NCBI GenBank assembly: GCA_002937585.1
Contig: PTKE01000002.1
Coordinates: 912-64,911, forward strand
DNA: 64,000 bases
From: Alphaproteobacteria bacterium MarineAlpha9_Bin6
Lineage (GTDB): Bacteria; Pseudomonadota; Alphaproteobacteria; UBA7887
Direction of reading: 5' to 3'
The notes beneath the pieces were generated by a model. That model searched no databases, was not told where the DNA came from, and saw nothing but the letters and a program-made list of their open reading frames with translations. Numbering within the stretch: position 1 is the first letter of the stretch; each line of letters begins with the position of its first letter. The position numbers and the translations under genes are program-made. Positions 18,646 through 30,106 of this stretch are shown here, in pieces.

Positions 18646-21089
18646 TGGCGTCGGAGTCTGTGACGTTGTGGGGACGTTTTTTGGGTCGGTCCATTGAGCG
18701 CGTGGAAGACGCCGCACTTCTGACGGGACGAGGCCGTTTTGGCGATGACCTTCCGGTTCGTGCCGATACATTGCACGCGGCGTTTTTACGGTCGCCGCAT
18801 GCTCATGCGGATTTAGGTGTGATTGATGTGTCAGACGCACTCGCTATGAAAGGAGTTGAAGCGGTTGTTACCGGTGAAGACGCAAAGGCGCACACGAAAC
18901 CATTTGTTGCCGGCCTCAAGCAACCTATCAAACATTATTGTGTTGCTGTGGAAAGGGTTCGTTACGTTGGCGAACCAGTCGCAATTGTCGTCGCGAAAGA
19001 CCGTTATATTGCGGAGGATGCGCTTGAAAAAATCCATGTAACCTATCAGCCTTTGTCTGCTGTAGTGGATGTCGAGAAATCCATCACTTCGGCGGCGCCG
19101 GTACTGCATGAGGCAGTGGGCAGCAATCTCTTGAGCGACCGCACCTTTATCTATGGTGCTCCTGACGAGGCTTTTCTGGATTCAGATCACCGGGTGAATA
19201 TCACCGTTCGTTATCCCCGAAACAGTTGCACCCCAATTGAGTGTTTTGTCGTTGTAGCCGAATATGACCCAGCCAAGGGCGGCTACGATGTGTTGGCCAA
19301 TTTTCAGGGCCCTTTCACGCTTCACTCGGTTATGGCACTAGCGCTGGGAGTTCCAGCAAATCGTTTGCGGCTTCGGACACCACCCGATTCAGGCGGCAGC
19401 TTTGGCGTTAAGCAGGCCGTGTTTCCTTATGTTGTGGCAATGGCACTCGCCTCTCGCCTTGTCTGTCGGCCGGTAAAGTGGGTTGAGGATCGGCTTGAGC
19501 ATCTTCTGGCAGCAAACGCGGCAACGGGAAGGGTCACCAGAATAGAGGCGGCGGTGAACAATGAGGGTGAGATTATCGCATTTGATATTGACCAACTCGA
19601 GGATTGTGGTGCGTACCTGCGAGCACCAGAGCCAGCGTCGCTTTATCGCATGCATGGCAATCTCTCTGGCGCTTATAAATTGCGCCATATTCGCGTGCGG
19701 AATCGTGTGGCTTTGACGAATACCGTCCCAAGCGGACTCAATCGGGGATTTGGCGGCCCGCAGCTCTATTACGCCATTGAGCGGTTGATGGATCGGATTG
19801 CGGTGAGGTTGCGCATGGATCCTATCGAACTAAGAAAAAGAAATTTCGTTTTGGCCGAGCAGTTTCCTTACCGGTGTCCAGCGGGCGCATTATTGGACTC
19901 GGGTGACTATCAACGGTCTGTTGATCTCGCTGTGACCGATGGCAAGTGGCAGGAGTTGCTGCGCCGCCGCAACCAAGCTCGGGCAGAGGGGCGTCTTTAC
20001 GGTATCGGGTGTGCAGCTGTGGTGGAGTCGAGCATGTCCAACATGGGTTATATCACAACGGTATTGGACGCCGAGGAGCGTGCACGTGTAGGCCCAAAAA
20101 ACGGTGCATTGACGATTGTCACAGTCACGTTGGACCCGCTTGGTTCGGTAAGTGTAGTGATTGACTCATTGCCTCAGGGGCAAGGTCACCAAACTGCTAT
20201 TGCCCAAGTGATAGCCGAAGTGCTTGGAATTTTGCCGGAAGAGGTTGCAATTGAGAGTGGCTTTGACAGCGGCGTGGCAGGTTGGTCGATCGCAGCCGGC
20301 AATTACTCCAGTCGCTTCGCTCCGGCTGTTGCAGGCACAGCGTATTTGGCCGCAAGTCGGCTGCGAGACCGATTATCACGTCTTGCATGCCAACATCTTA
20401 ACGTTGCAACGGAAAAACTTGAGTTTGCTGATGGAAAAATCTTTTCGAGTGATAATCCGGCAAATTCGGTGCCGTTTCGTCGCATTGCTGGATCAAGTCA
20501 CTGGTCTCCAGGGACTCTGCCAGAGGGGCTAGAACCTGTGGTCCGGGAAACGGCCACATGGACGCCACCGCAACTTGAGGCGCCAGATGCGTCGGATCGT
20601 ATCAACGGCGCCACTGCTTATGGTTTCATTTTTGATTTCTGTGGAGTGGAGGTCGATCGAGTGACGCATCATATTCGTATCGACCACTATGTCACGATGC
20701 ATGATGCAGGAAGAAGGATTAATCCTGCGCTCCTTGACGGGCAAATTCGTGGTGCTTTTGCTCACGGGATCGGTGCTGCACTGTTCGAACGGTTTCGTTA
20801 TGACGACGATGGCCAGTTCCTATCCGGAACATTTGCTGATTATTTGGTGCCCACAGCATGTGAAGTACCGGATCCAATTATTCTTCACACCGAATCCCCG
20901 TCTCCATTTACGCCGCTTGGGACAAAAGGAGCTGGTGAAGGTCAATCCATGAGCACGCCAGTTTGCATTGCGAACGCCGTTGCTGATGCACTCGGAGTAG
21001 ACGATATCGAGTTGCCTTTGACCCCTGATCGTGTCGCAGCACTGATGAGTGATGATGAGCCGTCTTTTCGCTCGGCGGGGGCAAAATGA
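18645..21089 (+). CDS. xanthine dehydrogenase family molybdopterin-binding large subunit (CoxL/HmfA-like)
   Basis: 814-aa ORF with the N-terminal RVEDAALLTGRGRFGDD and GGSFGVK blocks of aldehyde oxidase / XDH a/b-hammerhead and molybdopterin-binding domains. Confidence 0.85.
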   Translation: MASESVTLWGRFLGRSIERVEDAALLTGRGRFGDDLPVRADTLHAAFLRSPHAHADLGVIDVSDALAMKGVEAVVTGEDAKAHTKPFVAGLKQPIKHYCVAVERVRYVGEPVAIVVAKDRYIAEDALEKIHVTYQPLSAVVDVEKSITSAAPVLHEAVGSNLLSDRTFIYGAPDEAFLDSDHRVNITVRYPRNSCTPIECFVVVAEYDPAKGGYDVLANFQGPFTLHSVMALALGVPANRLRLRTPPDSGGSFGVKQAVFPYVVAMALASRLVCRPVKWVEDRLEHLLAANAATGRVTRIEAAVNNEGEIIAFDIDQLEDCGAYLRAPEPASLYRMHGNLSGAYKLRHIRVRNRVALTNTVPSGLNRGFGGPQLYYAIERLMDRIAVRLRMDPIELRKRNFVLAEQFPYRCPAGALLDSGDYQRSVDLAVTDGKWQELLRRRNQARAEGRLYGIGCAAVVESSMSNMGYITTVLDAEERARVGPKNGALTIVTVTLDPLGSVSVVIDSLPQGQGHQTAIAQVIAEVLGILPEEVAIESGFDSGVAGWSIAAGNYSSRFAPAVAGTAYLAASRLRDRLSRLACQHLNVATEKLEFADGKIFSSDNPANSVPFRRIAGSSHWSPGTLPEGLEPVVRETATWTPPQLEAPDASDRINGATAYGFIFDFCGVEVDRVTHHIRIDHYVTMHDAGRRINPALLDGQIRGAFAHGIGAALFERFRYDDDGQFLSGTFADYLVPTACEVPDPIILHTESPSPFTPLGTKGAGEGQSMSTPVCIANAVADALGVDDIELPLTPDRVAALMSDDEPSFRSAGAK

Positions 21090-21913
21090 AACCGCCCGTG
21101 TTTGACTACGCCTTTGTTGAGCATCTTGATGAGGTGGTTGAGCTCCTCGCTGCAGATGGTGGTGAAGCTCGACTGCTAGCTGGCGGCCAGTCCTTGATCG
21201 CGATGCTTAATATGCGATTGATTCAACCCACTCTCGTGGTGGACATCTCGCGGTTGCCCGATCACGATTTTATTACGCTCAAAGAGGGTGTCGTAGAAAT
21301 TGGTTGCACAGTCACACAGTCTGATCTTCAGCTTTGGCCAGGATTGGCAGAGTCTTTGCCGCTTCTTAAACGCGCCTTACCATGGGTTGGACATCGTCAA
21401 ACACGAAATAAAGGCACAGTTTGCGGCTCTATCGCTCACGCTGATCCCAGTGCAGAGCTGCCGCTATGCTTGGCCGCGCTGAACGGAGAAGCAGTCTTGT
21501 ATTCCTCTCGCGGTGAGCGAGTGCTTGCGGCACATGAATTGCAGGTTGGTACGTTGGAGACCGCTTGTGAGCCTGACGAGATGATACGCGCGTTGCGATT
21601 CCCCAGAGCGGTCCCCGGTGTTGGATATGGTTTTGGCGAAGTCGCGTATCGTCACGGAGATTTCGCTATTGTGGCGATAGCCGTACTCGCTAGCACCGAA
21701 GGTGTTCGCATTGCCGTTGGAGGTGTCAGTGAAAAACCCGAAATATGCGAATGGCCATTGATGGAAGATAGGTTTCTCAATGACGCCCTAAACGATCTCG
21801 CTTGGAAATTAGGTACGACAGAGGATCAGCACGCTACTGCGTATTACCGACGGAGTTTAATACGTAAACTGGGCCGAAGAGTGGTAGGGGAGGCTTTGGC
21901 ATGCGTCGGCTAA
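21086..21913 (+). CDS. molybdopterin dehydrogenase FAD-binding medium subunit (CoxM/HmfB-like)
   Basis: 275-aa ORF with an FAD_binding_5 pattern (LLAGGQSL) and a CO dehydrogenase flavoprotein C-terminal domain. It has a 4-nt overlap with the large subunit gene. Confidence 0.8.
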   Translation: MKPPVFDYAFVEHLDEVVELLAADGGEARLLAGGQSLIAMLNMRLIQPTLVVDISRLPDHDFITLKEGVVEIGCTVTQSDLQLWPGLAESLPLLKRALPWVGHRQTRNKGTVCGSIAHADPSAELPLCLAALNGEAVLYSSRGERVLAAHELQVGTLETACEPDEMIRALRFPRAVPGVGYGFGEVAYRHGDFAIVAIAVLASTEGVRIAVGGVSEKPEICEWPLMEDRFLNDALNDLAWKLGTTEDQHATAYYRRSLIRKLGRRVVGEALACVG

Positions 21914-22413
21914 ATGCTGGGCAACGTCACTTGGTTCAGTTTGATCTTAATGGGAAGTTGGTTTCGGAAGAATCGGAGCCCCGTCTCCTACTGTCGGACT
22001 TCCTGCGCGGTGTACTTGGTTCGACAGGTAGTCATGTGGGATGTGAGCACGGTGTTTGTGGCGCGTGCACGGTCAGGTTAAACGGTCGCGCAGTCCGCTC
22101 TTGCCTGACATTGGCCGTCCAGGCAAATGGGGAAAGAGTAGAAACAGTTGAAGGTTTGGCACGAGATGGTGTGCTCTCGCCGTTGCAGCAGGCATTTCGT
22201 CGGCACCACGCATTACAATGTGGATTTTGCACTCCGGGCATTTTGATGTCGCTCGCTGAACTGTTAGATGCGGATACCGACGTGAATGAAAAATCCGTTC
22301 GTGAATTGTTGAGTGGTCATCTGTGTCGTTGCACAGGATATGGGAACATCGTTCGCGCTGCGCTGGATGTCTTTGCAGAAGTCAGTGCAACTGAGCCTGC
22401 TCCAGATGCTTGA
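21901..22413 (+). CDS. (2Fe-2S)-binding small subunit of molybdenum hydroxylase (CoxS/HmfC-like)
   Basis: 170-aa ORF with a plant-type ferredoxin Cys cluster (CEHGVCGAC) plus the second cluster motif CGFCTPG. Confidence 0.85.
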   Translation: MRRLNAGQRHLVQFDLNGKLVSEESEPRLLLSDFLRGVLGSTGSHVGCEHGVCGACTVRLNGRAVRSCLTLAVQANGERVETVEGLARDGVLSPLQQAFRRHHALQCGFCTPGILMSLAELLDADTDVNEKSVRELLSGHLCRCTGYGNIVRAALDVFAEVSATEPAPDA

Positions 22414-23965
22414 TCTTGGTACGACTTTGCTTGGTGCCGCGGAACGGTATCCTGACCGTGAGGCTGTCGTGGATGGTGCAACACGTTGGACTTACGGCGG
22501 GTGGTTTGAGTGTGTGCGCCAAGTGGCCGGGGGTCTTGTCGAGGCAGGTCTACGTCCTGGCGATCATCTGGTGATTGTGCTCAAAAATCGTTGGCAAATG
22601 GCGGCCCTGCATTGGGCCTGTCAGCTTGTTGGAGTCATAGCAACTCCCATCAATTGGCGGGCAAAATCTGAAGAAATTGACTTTGTATTGCGCGACGCGG
22701 ATGCGAAAGCTGTCGCATTTGAGATGTCCACCGAGATCACAGTGAAGGAAGCTGCTTCGGCCCACTTTATTACTAGCATTGCAGTTAGCGGGGATGGTGA
22801 TTTATCTCTCGATGATCTTATCGCGAGCAAGCCAGTAACGGTTGCAGGAAGAGCTCGGGCCGAGGATATGTCGGTGATGCTGTATACCTCCGGTACTACC
22901 GGGCTTGGCAAGGGAGTACCTCGTAGTCACCAGGCTGAGCGGGCGGCGGCGATGGCACATATCGTGCAAAATGGATATCGCTTAGGTGAACGTACCTTGG
23001 GTGTAATGCCTCTTTATCACACCATGGGCATACGCTCGCTACTTTCTATGGCGTTAATCAATGGTTGTTTTATTTGCCAATCCCACTTCGATGCTGAAGA
23101 GACATTGATGCTAATAGAGTGTGAGCGAGTTACCGCGTTGTTCTTAGTGCCGACGCTTTACCATGATTTAATGAGTCATGAATCTTTCAGCAGTCGGGAT
23201 TTGTCGTCGGTGCGTAAACTCGGATTCGCGGGAGCGCCGATGGAGGGAGGGTTGCTGCAGCGTGTCAATGAAGCGTTTAACCCCGAGCTGTTTGTTAACC
23301 ACTATGGATCTTCGGAAATTTATACTTTCACTGTAGAACCCCATGCTTCGGAAAAACCTGGCTCTGCGGGGAAGGCAGGGGTTAATCAGCGAATTCGTGT
23401 GATTAAAATTGGGTCGAAAGATCCAGAGGATCATGTGTCAACGGGTGAGACTGGTGAGATTATTGCTGACTTGGCAAGTGATGAGGCGTTCAAGGGTTAT
23501 TGGCGTCGTACTGATGCGGATGAAAAAGTACTAAGAGATGGTTGGTATTTTACGGGAGATATTGGCTGGCTCGACAATCACGGTGATTTGTTTTTGGCTG
23601 GTCGCATCGACGACATGATCATTACTGGCGGTGAAAATGTATCACCAGCCGAAATTGAGAAAATATTATCTGCCCATCCCGAGGTTATAGAGGTTGCGGT
23701 CGCGGGGTTGGCCGATGAACGTTGGGGCCAACAAGTGACAGCTTTCATAAAGGCCAGAAAGGCGGTTTCTCCGGACGAACTTGACGTGTTTTGCCGTGGT
23801 TCGGCTTTGGCTGACTTTAAGCGTCCACGTAATTATGTGTTTGTCACAGCAATTCCCAAGTCCCCAGTGGGGAAGGTGCTTCGGCGCCTTCTGGTATCTG
23901 GTGACTACGAAGTAGATAAGCGCTTTTTGGGGAAAACAGAGAACGAAATGGCAACATTGGCATGA
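22406..23965 (+). CDS. AMP-dependent acyl-CoA synthetase/ligase (class I adenylate-forming)
   Basis: AMP-binding motif MLYTSGTTGLGKGV, the GE hinge (YGSSE) and a C-terminal lysine. The ORF-track start at 22313 overlaps the small subunit gene, and the likely ATG at 22406 overlaps its stop by 8 nt. Confidence 0.8.
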   Translation: MLDLGTTLLGAAERYPDREAVVDGATRWTYGGWFECVRQVAGGLVEAGLRPGDHLVIVLKNRWQMAALHWACQLVGVIATPINWRAKSEEIDFVLRDADAKAVAFEMSTEITVKEAASAHFITSIAVSGDGDLSLDDLIASKPVTVAGRARAEDMSVMLYTSGTTGLGKGVPRSHQAERAAAMAHIVQNGYRLGERTLGVMPLYHTMGIRSLLSMALINGCFICQSHFDAEETLMLIECERVTALFLVPTLYHDLMSHESFSSRDLSSVRKLGFAGAPMEGGLLQRVNEAFNPELFVNHYGSSEIYTFTVEPHASEKPGSAGKAGVNQRIRVIKIGSKDPEDHVSTGETGEIIADLASDEAFKGYWRRTDADEKVLRDGWYFTGDIGWLDNHGDLFLAGRIDDMIITGGENVSPAEIEKILSAHPEVIEVAVAGLADERWGQQVTAFIKARKAVSPDELDVFCRGSALADFKRPRNYVFVTAIPKSPVGKVLRRLLVSGDYEVDKRFLGKTENEMATLA

Positions 23966-24771
23966 GTCAATCCCCTGAGAATAAGAAAATCGATTTGCTA
24001 GGAGAAATGGACGGATTCAGAGTCGAGGTAAACCGGGACGCGGCCCGCGGGGACATAATTCTCGATCGACCGCCACTCAACATCATTAGAATGCCTCAGC
24101 GCGATCAGATGTCAGCTGCGTTTGCTGCTCTGGACTGTGATGACCGGGTGCGAGTGATCGTGTTGCGGGGTGCCGGCGAGAATTTCTCAAGCGGCGGAGA
24201 GATTAAGGGTTTTCTTGAATCCTCACCAGAGCACGTTTCAAGCCTCGCAAAAAACGTTATGGCTCCGGAGCGTTGCCACAAGCCGGTAGTTGCCGCAATT
24301 CAAGGATACTGTTTTGGGGTTGGCTTTGAATTTTGCTTGGCTTGCGATTTTCGTATTGTTACGGAAACAGCGTTTGTTGGTCTGCCGGAACAACGCATCG
24401 GTATGATACCAGGATCTGGAGGTTCAATCCGTTTACTCCATATGATTGGGCTGCAGCGTACGAAAGACATCGTAATGCGGTCGAGACGCATTTCTGGCCC
24501 ACAAGCCTATGACTGGGGAATTGCCCTAGATTGTGTTGCCTTCAACTCCTTGGATGCGGCAGTTGTGTCATTGGTAAAGGAATTGTCGGAGCTTTCGCCG
24601 TTGGCGCAGCGAACGAGCAAGCGCGTTCTCAATGGAGCTCAGGATGCACCGCTTCATGTGGGAATCGAATTAGAAGGCCAAGCCTACGGACGATTGCGGA
24701 GTTCGCATGATTTCCGCGAAGGGGTTGAATCTTTCCACGAAAAGCGCAAGGCAGATTTTGATGGAACCTGA
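23962..24771 (+). CDS. enoyl-CoA hydratase/isomerase (crotonase) family protein
   Basis: 269-aa ORF with a crotonase fold and oxyanion-hole segments (RGAGENFSSGGEI, GYCFGVGFEFCLACD). It has a 4-nt overlap with the ligase gene. Confidence 0.8.
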   Translation: MSQSPENKKIDLLGEMDGFRVEVNRDAARGDIILDRPPLNIIRMPQRDQMSAAFAALDCDDRVRVIVLRGAGENFSSGGEIKGFLESSPEHVSSLAKNVMAPERCHKPVVAAIQGYCFGVGFEFCLACDFRIVTETAFVGLPEQRIGMIPGSGGSIRLLHMIGLQRTKDIVMRSRRISGPQAYDWGIALDCVAFNSLDAAVVSLVKELSELSPLAQRTSKRVLNGAQDAPLHVGIELEGQAYGRLRSSHDFREGVESFHEKRKADFDGT

Positions 24772-25039
24772 CCGGCACGCTAAAATAGTGCAGCTGATAC
24801 ACGAGGGTAGCCCATATTCAGGGCACTACCATTAACCTATGTTAAAGCCAACAGGCCTCGTAAAAGGAAGATTCAAACGGCACTCAGGCTCCAGCCCATA
24901 AGGTTGTGCGGCAGGGGTTGATTTGGGACAATCCAGCTGTGTATGGTGCGCCTTGTAACGGGGCATCGAGCGCCATTAACGCTTGGCGTTGGTGAGCGCC
25001 GTGATTGTGTGCTCGATCATCTGAAAGGCATTATTTAAG

Positions 25040-25897
25040 ATGTTAGCGAGGAACATCCTAACGGGGGCGACCGCTTTGGTTACGTCGGTTGTCGTTTCCG
25101 TAACCGAGGTATTGGCTAACCCGCAAACGGGTCAACCAGCTGAATGGCAATTGGGCTTCCAACGCGCCGTAACGCCGGTCATGGAGTCTATTAATACCTT
25201 GCACAATTACGTGCTCATATTGATTACGTTGATCTCCTTGTTCATTCTGGCGTTACTGATCTTTGTGGCGGTTCGGTTTAATGCGAAGTCGAATCCAAAT
25301 CCGTCTCAGGTAACGCATAACACAGTGATCGAAGTGCTATGGACGGTTGTCCCGATCTTGATCCTTGTGGTTATGGCTATCCCGAGTTTTAAGCTTCTTT
25401 ATTTGCAGGATACATTCCCGGAGCACGTAGATTTAAATATTAAAGCAACGGCTTATCAGTGGTTCTGGACCTACGAATATCCCGATGAAGGTTTTGAGTT
25501 CGATGCATTCAAGCTCGAAGCAGAGGAGGCCGAAGAGGTGGGTGAGCCTTATCTGCTGGCAGTCGATACAAAAGTAGTAGTGCCTGTTGGTAAAGTTGTC
25601 CGTGTTCAGGTCACTTCGGCTGACGTAATCCACGCCTGGGCGGTCCCCGCTCTGGGTGTGAAAATGGATGCGTATCCTGGCCGGCTGAATGAGCTTTGGT
25701 TCCAGGTCAACGAACCAGGTGTGTATTATGGTCAGTGTTCGGAGCTTTGTGGCCAAGGCCATGCGTTTATGCCGATTGCCGTGGAGGCTATGTTAGAAGC
25801 GGAGTATGAGGTCTGGCTGAACGAGGCACGTGAGGAATACGCGAGGATTGGCGAAAACATCAGGGTTGCGGACTCAAATTTATCCGTGGCGAAATAA
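25040..25897 (+). CDS. ctaC: cytochrome c oxidase subunit II
   Basis: Signal/TM N-terminus, the QWFWTYEYPD motif and the CuA centre CSELCGQGHAFM. Confidence 0.9.
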   Translation: MLARNILTGATALVTSVVVSVTEVLANPQTGQPAEWQLGFQRAVTPVMESINTLHNYVLILITLISLFILALLIFVAVRFNAKSNPNPSQVTHNTVIEVLWTVVPILILVVMAIPSFKLLYLQDTFPEHVDLNIKATAYQWFWTYEYPDEGFEFDAFKLEAEEAEEVGEPYLLAVDTKVVVPVGKVVRVQVTSADVIHAWAVPALGVKMDAYPGRLNELWFQVNEPGVYYGQCSELCGQGHAFMPIAVEAMLEAEYEVWLNEAREEYARIGENIRVADSNLSVAK

Positions 25898-25908
25898 AGT
25901 GACCGTGA

Positions 25909-27531
<1,623 letters not shown>

Positions 27532-27555
27532 TGGCTATAATTTAGGACCATCACC

Positions 27556-28482
27556 ATGTCCGATAGCACAGTGACGGCGGTTTCTGCCGGTTCGTTTGCG
27601 CGAAATGCTGCACTGGCAGATTATTTCGCACTGTTGAAGCCGCGGGTAATGTCTTTGGTAGTTTTTACCGGCGTGGTCGGCATGGTGTTGGCACCGGGGG
27701 AACTTCATCCGGTGCTGGCTTTTGCAGCGCTTTTATGCATCGCAGTAGGTGCCGGCGGTTCTGGTGCGATTAACATGTGGTTTGATCGCGACATCGACGC
27801 GCAAATGTCCAGGACTAGGGAGCGACCAATTCCGGCAGGCCGGATTATGCCGGGTACAGCGCTCTCCTTTGGTATCTGGCTGTCGATCGGATCCGTGGCC
27901 CTGATGGCCTTGGCAGTTAACTGGCTTGCAGCGATATTGCTAGCATTCACGATTTGTTTCTATGTGTTTGTTTATACCATGTGGCTAAAACGAAAAACGC
28001 CACAAAACATTGTGATCGGTGGTGCTGCAGGAGCGCTGCCGCCCGTCATCGGATGGGCCGCGGTAGCTGGGGAGATCGGTCTCGCATCACTCGTTCTGTT
28101 CATCATTATTTTCATGTGGACACCACCACATTTTTGGGCCTTGGCGCTGGTCCGTGCCGACGAATATAAGCAGGCCGGGGTGCCGATGCTGCCTGTCGTC
28201 GTTGGCGCAGAAGCGACCCGGCGATATATCTTCTGGTACAGCATCGCGCTAGTCTCGTTTACCTTTGCACCTGTCGTTATTGGTTTGAGCGGTGTAATCT
28301 ATGGGATTGGTGCGGCGTTGCTCGGCGCGATATTTGTGACGCTGGCAGTGTTGATACGACGCCGAAGAAGCAACGCCTGCGCCCGGCGTCTTTTCTCTTT
28401 CTCCATTCTCTACCTGTTTTTGATTTTTGTTTTACTGGCGGTCGATCACATGTCTTGGTCGTCAACCTTTTTGGGATCGTAA
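27556..28482 (+). CDS. ctaB: protohaem IX farnesyltransferase (haem O synthase)
   Basis: 308-aa UbiA-superfamily membrane protein with the CtaB/CyoE pattern. Position directly after ctaD. Confidence 0.9.
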   Translation: MSDSTVTAVSAGSFARNAALADYFALLKPRVMSLVVFTGVVGMVLAPGELHPVLAFAALLCIAVGAGGSGAINMWFDRDIDAQMSRTRERPIPAGRIMPGTALSFGIWLSIGSVALMALAVNWLAAILLAFTICFYVFVYTMWLKRKTPQNIVIGGAAGALPPVIGWAAVAGEIGLASLVLFIIIFMWTPPHFWALALVRADEYKQAGVPMLPVVVGAEATRRYIFWYSIALVSFTFAPVVIGLSGVIYGIGAALLGAIFVTLAVLIRRRRSNACARRLFSFSILYLFLIFVLLAVDHMSWSSTFLGS

Positions 28483-28494
28483 GGGTTAAGTATC

Positions 28495-28623
28495 ATGCCT
28501 CTTCATGACCTCCATCGCCGTCAGAAGGTAAGGAATATGGCGATTGCGCTGGGATTGGCTGGCTTGGTGGTGCTGTTTTTTTTGATTACTCTTGCCAAAC
28601 TTAGTCCGGAGCCGGGCCAGTGA
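28495..28623 (+). CDS. small hydrophobic protein (42 aa) in the cox operon
   Basis: ATG at 28495 followed by a single predicted TM helix (IALGLAGLVVLFFLITLA). Its stop overlaps the GTG start of ctaG. It is too short for the ORF track and conservation has not been checked. Confidence 0.3.
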   Translation: MPLHDLHRRQKVRNMAIALGLAGLVVLFFLITLAKLSPEPGQ

Positions 28624-29204
28624 GGGCGCGCGGCCGTTATAGCATTACGGGGCTCTCGTTGGCAGCGCTGGTGGTTGGGATGGTTGGCCTTTCCTATGCG
28701 GCGGTGCCTTTATACGATCTGTTCTGCCGGGCAACGGGTTATGGCGGAACAACGATGGTTGCGACGGAAGTACCAATCCAGATCGGTGAACGGGAGATGA
28801 CGGTGCGATTTAACGCCAACGTAAATAGGGGTTTGCCTTGGCGATTCCGTCCGGTACAAGGTTCGGTCACGGTACGGGTTGGGGAACCGACGCTGGCGTT
28901 TTATCGGGTTGAGAATACCAGCGAGCAGACGATTGTCGGCACTGCAACCTATAATGTTACGCCGCTTAAGGCTGGCGAGTATTTTTCGAAAATTGACTGC
29001 TTTTGTTTTACGGAACAGGTGCTGCAGCCAGGAGAGACTTCGGAGTTGCCGGTGAGCTTTTTCGTAGATCCGTCGATAGTCGATGATCCGGAAATGGACA
29101 GAATCACAACCTTGACACTGTCTTATACCTTTTTTGAAGTAGGGACTTCGGCACGCGAGCAACTATCTAGCACAAACCAATTAGCTGGCTCTGTAATCAA
29201 TTAA
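28620..29204 (+). CDS. ctaG: cytochrome c oxidase assembly protein CtaG/Cox11
   Basis: 194-aa ORF with a TM anchor followed by VPLYDLFCRATGYGGT and the CFCF copper-binding motif of Cox11. Confidence 0.85.
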   Translation: MRARGRYSITGLSLAALVVGMVGLSYAAVPLYDLFCRATGYGGTTMVATEVPIQIGEREMTVRFNANVNRGLPWRFRPVQGSVTVRVGEPTLAFYRVENTSEQTIVGTATYNVTPLKAGEYFSKIDCFCFTEQVLQPGETSELPVSFFVDPSIVDDPEMDRITTLTLSYTFFEVGTSAREQLSSTNQLAGSVIN

Positions 29205-29261
29205 GAGCTCGCTATATCTTGTGTTGACCATGAAACGTTATGCCCACGTGGCAAAGGGAAA

Positions 29262-30086
29262 GTGATGACTGATACTGCCAAACAACCCTTTCATCTTGTT
29301 GATCCAAGCCCATGGCCGGCACTTGGAGCGCTTGCAGCGCTCTTCCTAACGGCAGGGACAGTGCTGTTCATGCATGAGATGGCTGGGGGTGTGGCTGTCA
29401 CCACGATCGGCATTTTGCTGACTTTTTTGACTATGTTTTTGTGGTGGCGCGACATGATTCGAGAGGCAACTTTTGAAGGTCATCACACTCCAGTAGTGCA
29501 AATTGGACTCCGCTTCGGCATGGCATTGTTCATCGCTTCCGAAGTGATGTTTTTCGTTGCTTGGTTTTGGGCATTTTTTGACGCGAGTTTGTTTGCTGGC
29601 GAGGCTAAACAGGTAAGTCGTGTAGCATTCACCGGTGGTGATTGGCCACCGCAGGGTGTGGAGGTGTTGGATGCGTTTCATTTACCGTTGTTGAACACCC
29701 TAATTCTTCTCACTTCAGGTGCTACGGTGACATGGGCTCATCATGCCCTTCGTGAAGGTAAGGCTGAACATCTCATTCTCGGCTTGTGGCTGACTATTTT
29801 GCTTGGTGCGACATTCACCGGGATTCAGGCGTACGAGTACGCGCACGCGCATTTCGCGTTTACTGACGGTATTTATTCGTCCACTTTCTTTATGGCCACC
29901 GGTTTTCACGGGGCTCATGTGCTCATTGGGACCGTATTTCTGTGTGTGTGTCTGTTCCGCTCTTATCGCAACCATTTTAAGCCCGATCACCATTTCGGGT
30001 TCGAGGCGGCTAGTTGGTACTGGCATTTTGTTGACGTGGTGTGGTTATTTTTGTTCTGCTGCATCTATTGGTGGGGTGGCAGTTGA
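29262..30086 (+). CDS. ctaE: cytochrome c oxidase subunit III
   Basis: 274-aa, 7-TM protein with the conserved Cox3 blocks HLVDPSPWP and GFHGAHVLIGT. Confidence 0.9.
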   Translation: MMTDTAKQPFHLVDPSPWPALGALAALFLTAGTVLFMHEMAGGVAVTTIGILLTFLTMFLWWRDMIREATFEGHHTPVVQIGLRFGMALFIASEVMFFVAWFWAFFDASLFAGEAKQVSRVAFTGGDWPPQGVEVLDAFHLPLLNTLILLTSGATVTWAHHALREGKAEHLILGLWLTILLGATFTGIQAYEYAHAHFAFTDGIYSSTFFMATGFHGAHVLIGTVFLCVCLFRSYRNHFKPDHHFGFEAASWYWHFVDVVWLFLFCCIYWWGGS

Positions 30087-30106
30087 GGCAGCTCTTTTAG
30101 GCCTGC

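Noticed and set aside
22313-22405. N-terminal 31-codon extension of the CoA ligase ORF into the 2Fe-2S subunit gene
   Set aside because: The AMP-binding enzyme N-terminal domain starts after the Met at 22406. The extension would need a 100-nt overlap with the conserved C-terminus of the FeS subunit.
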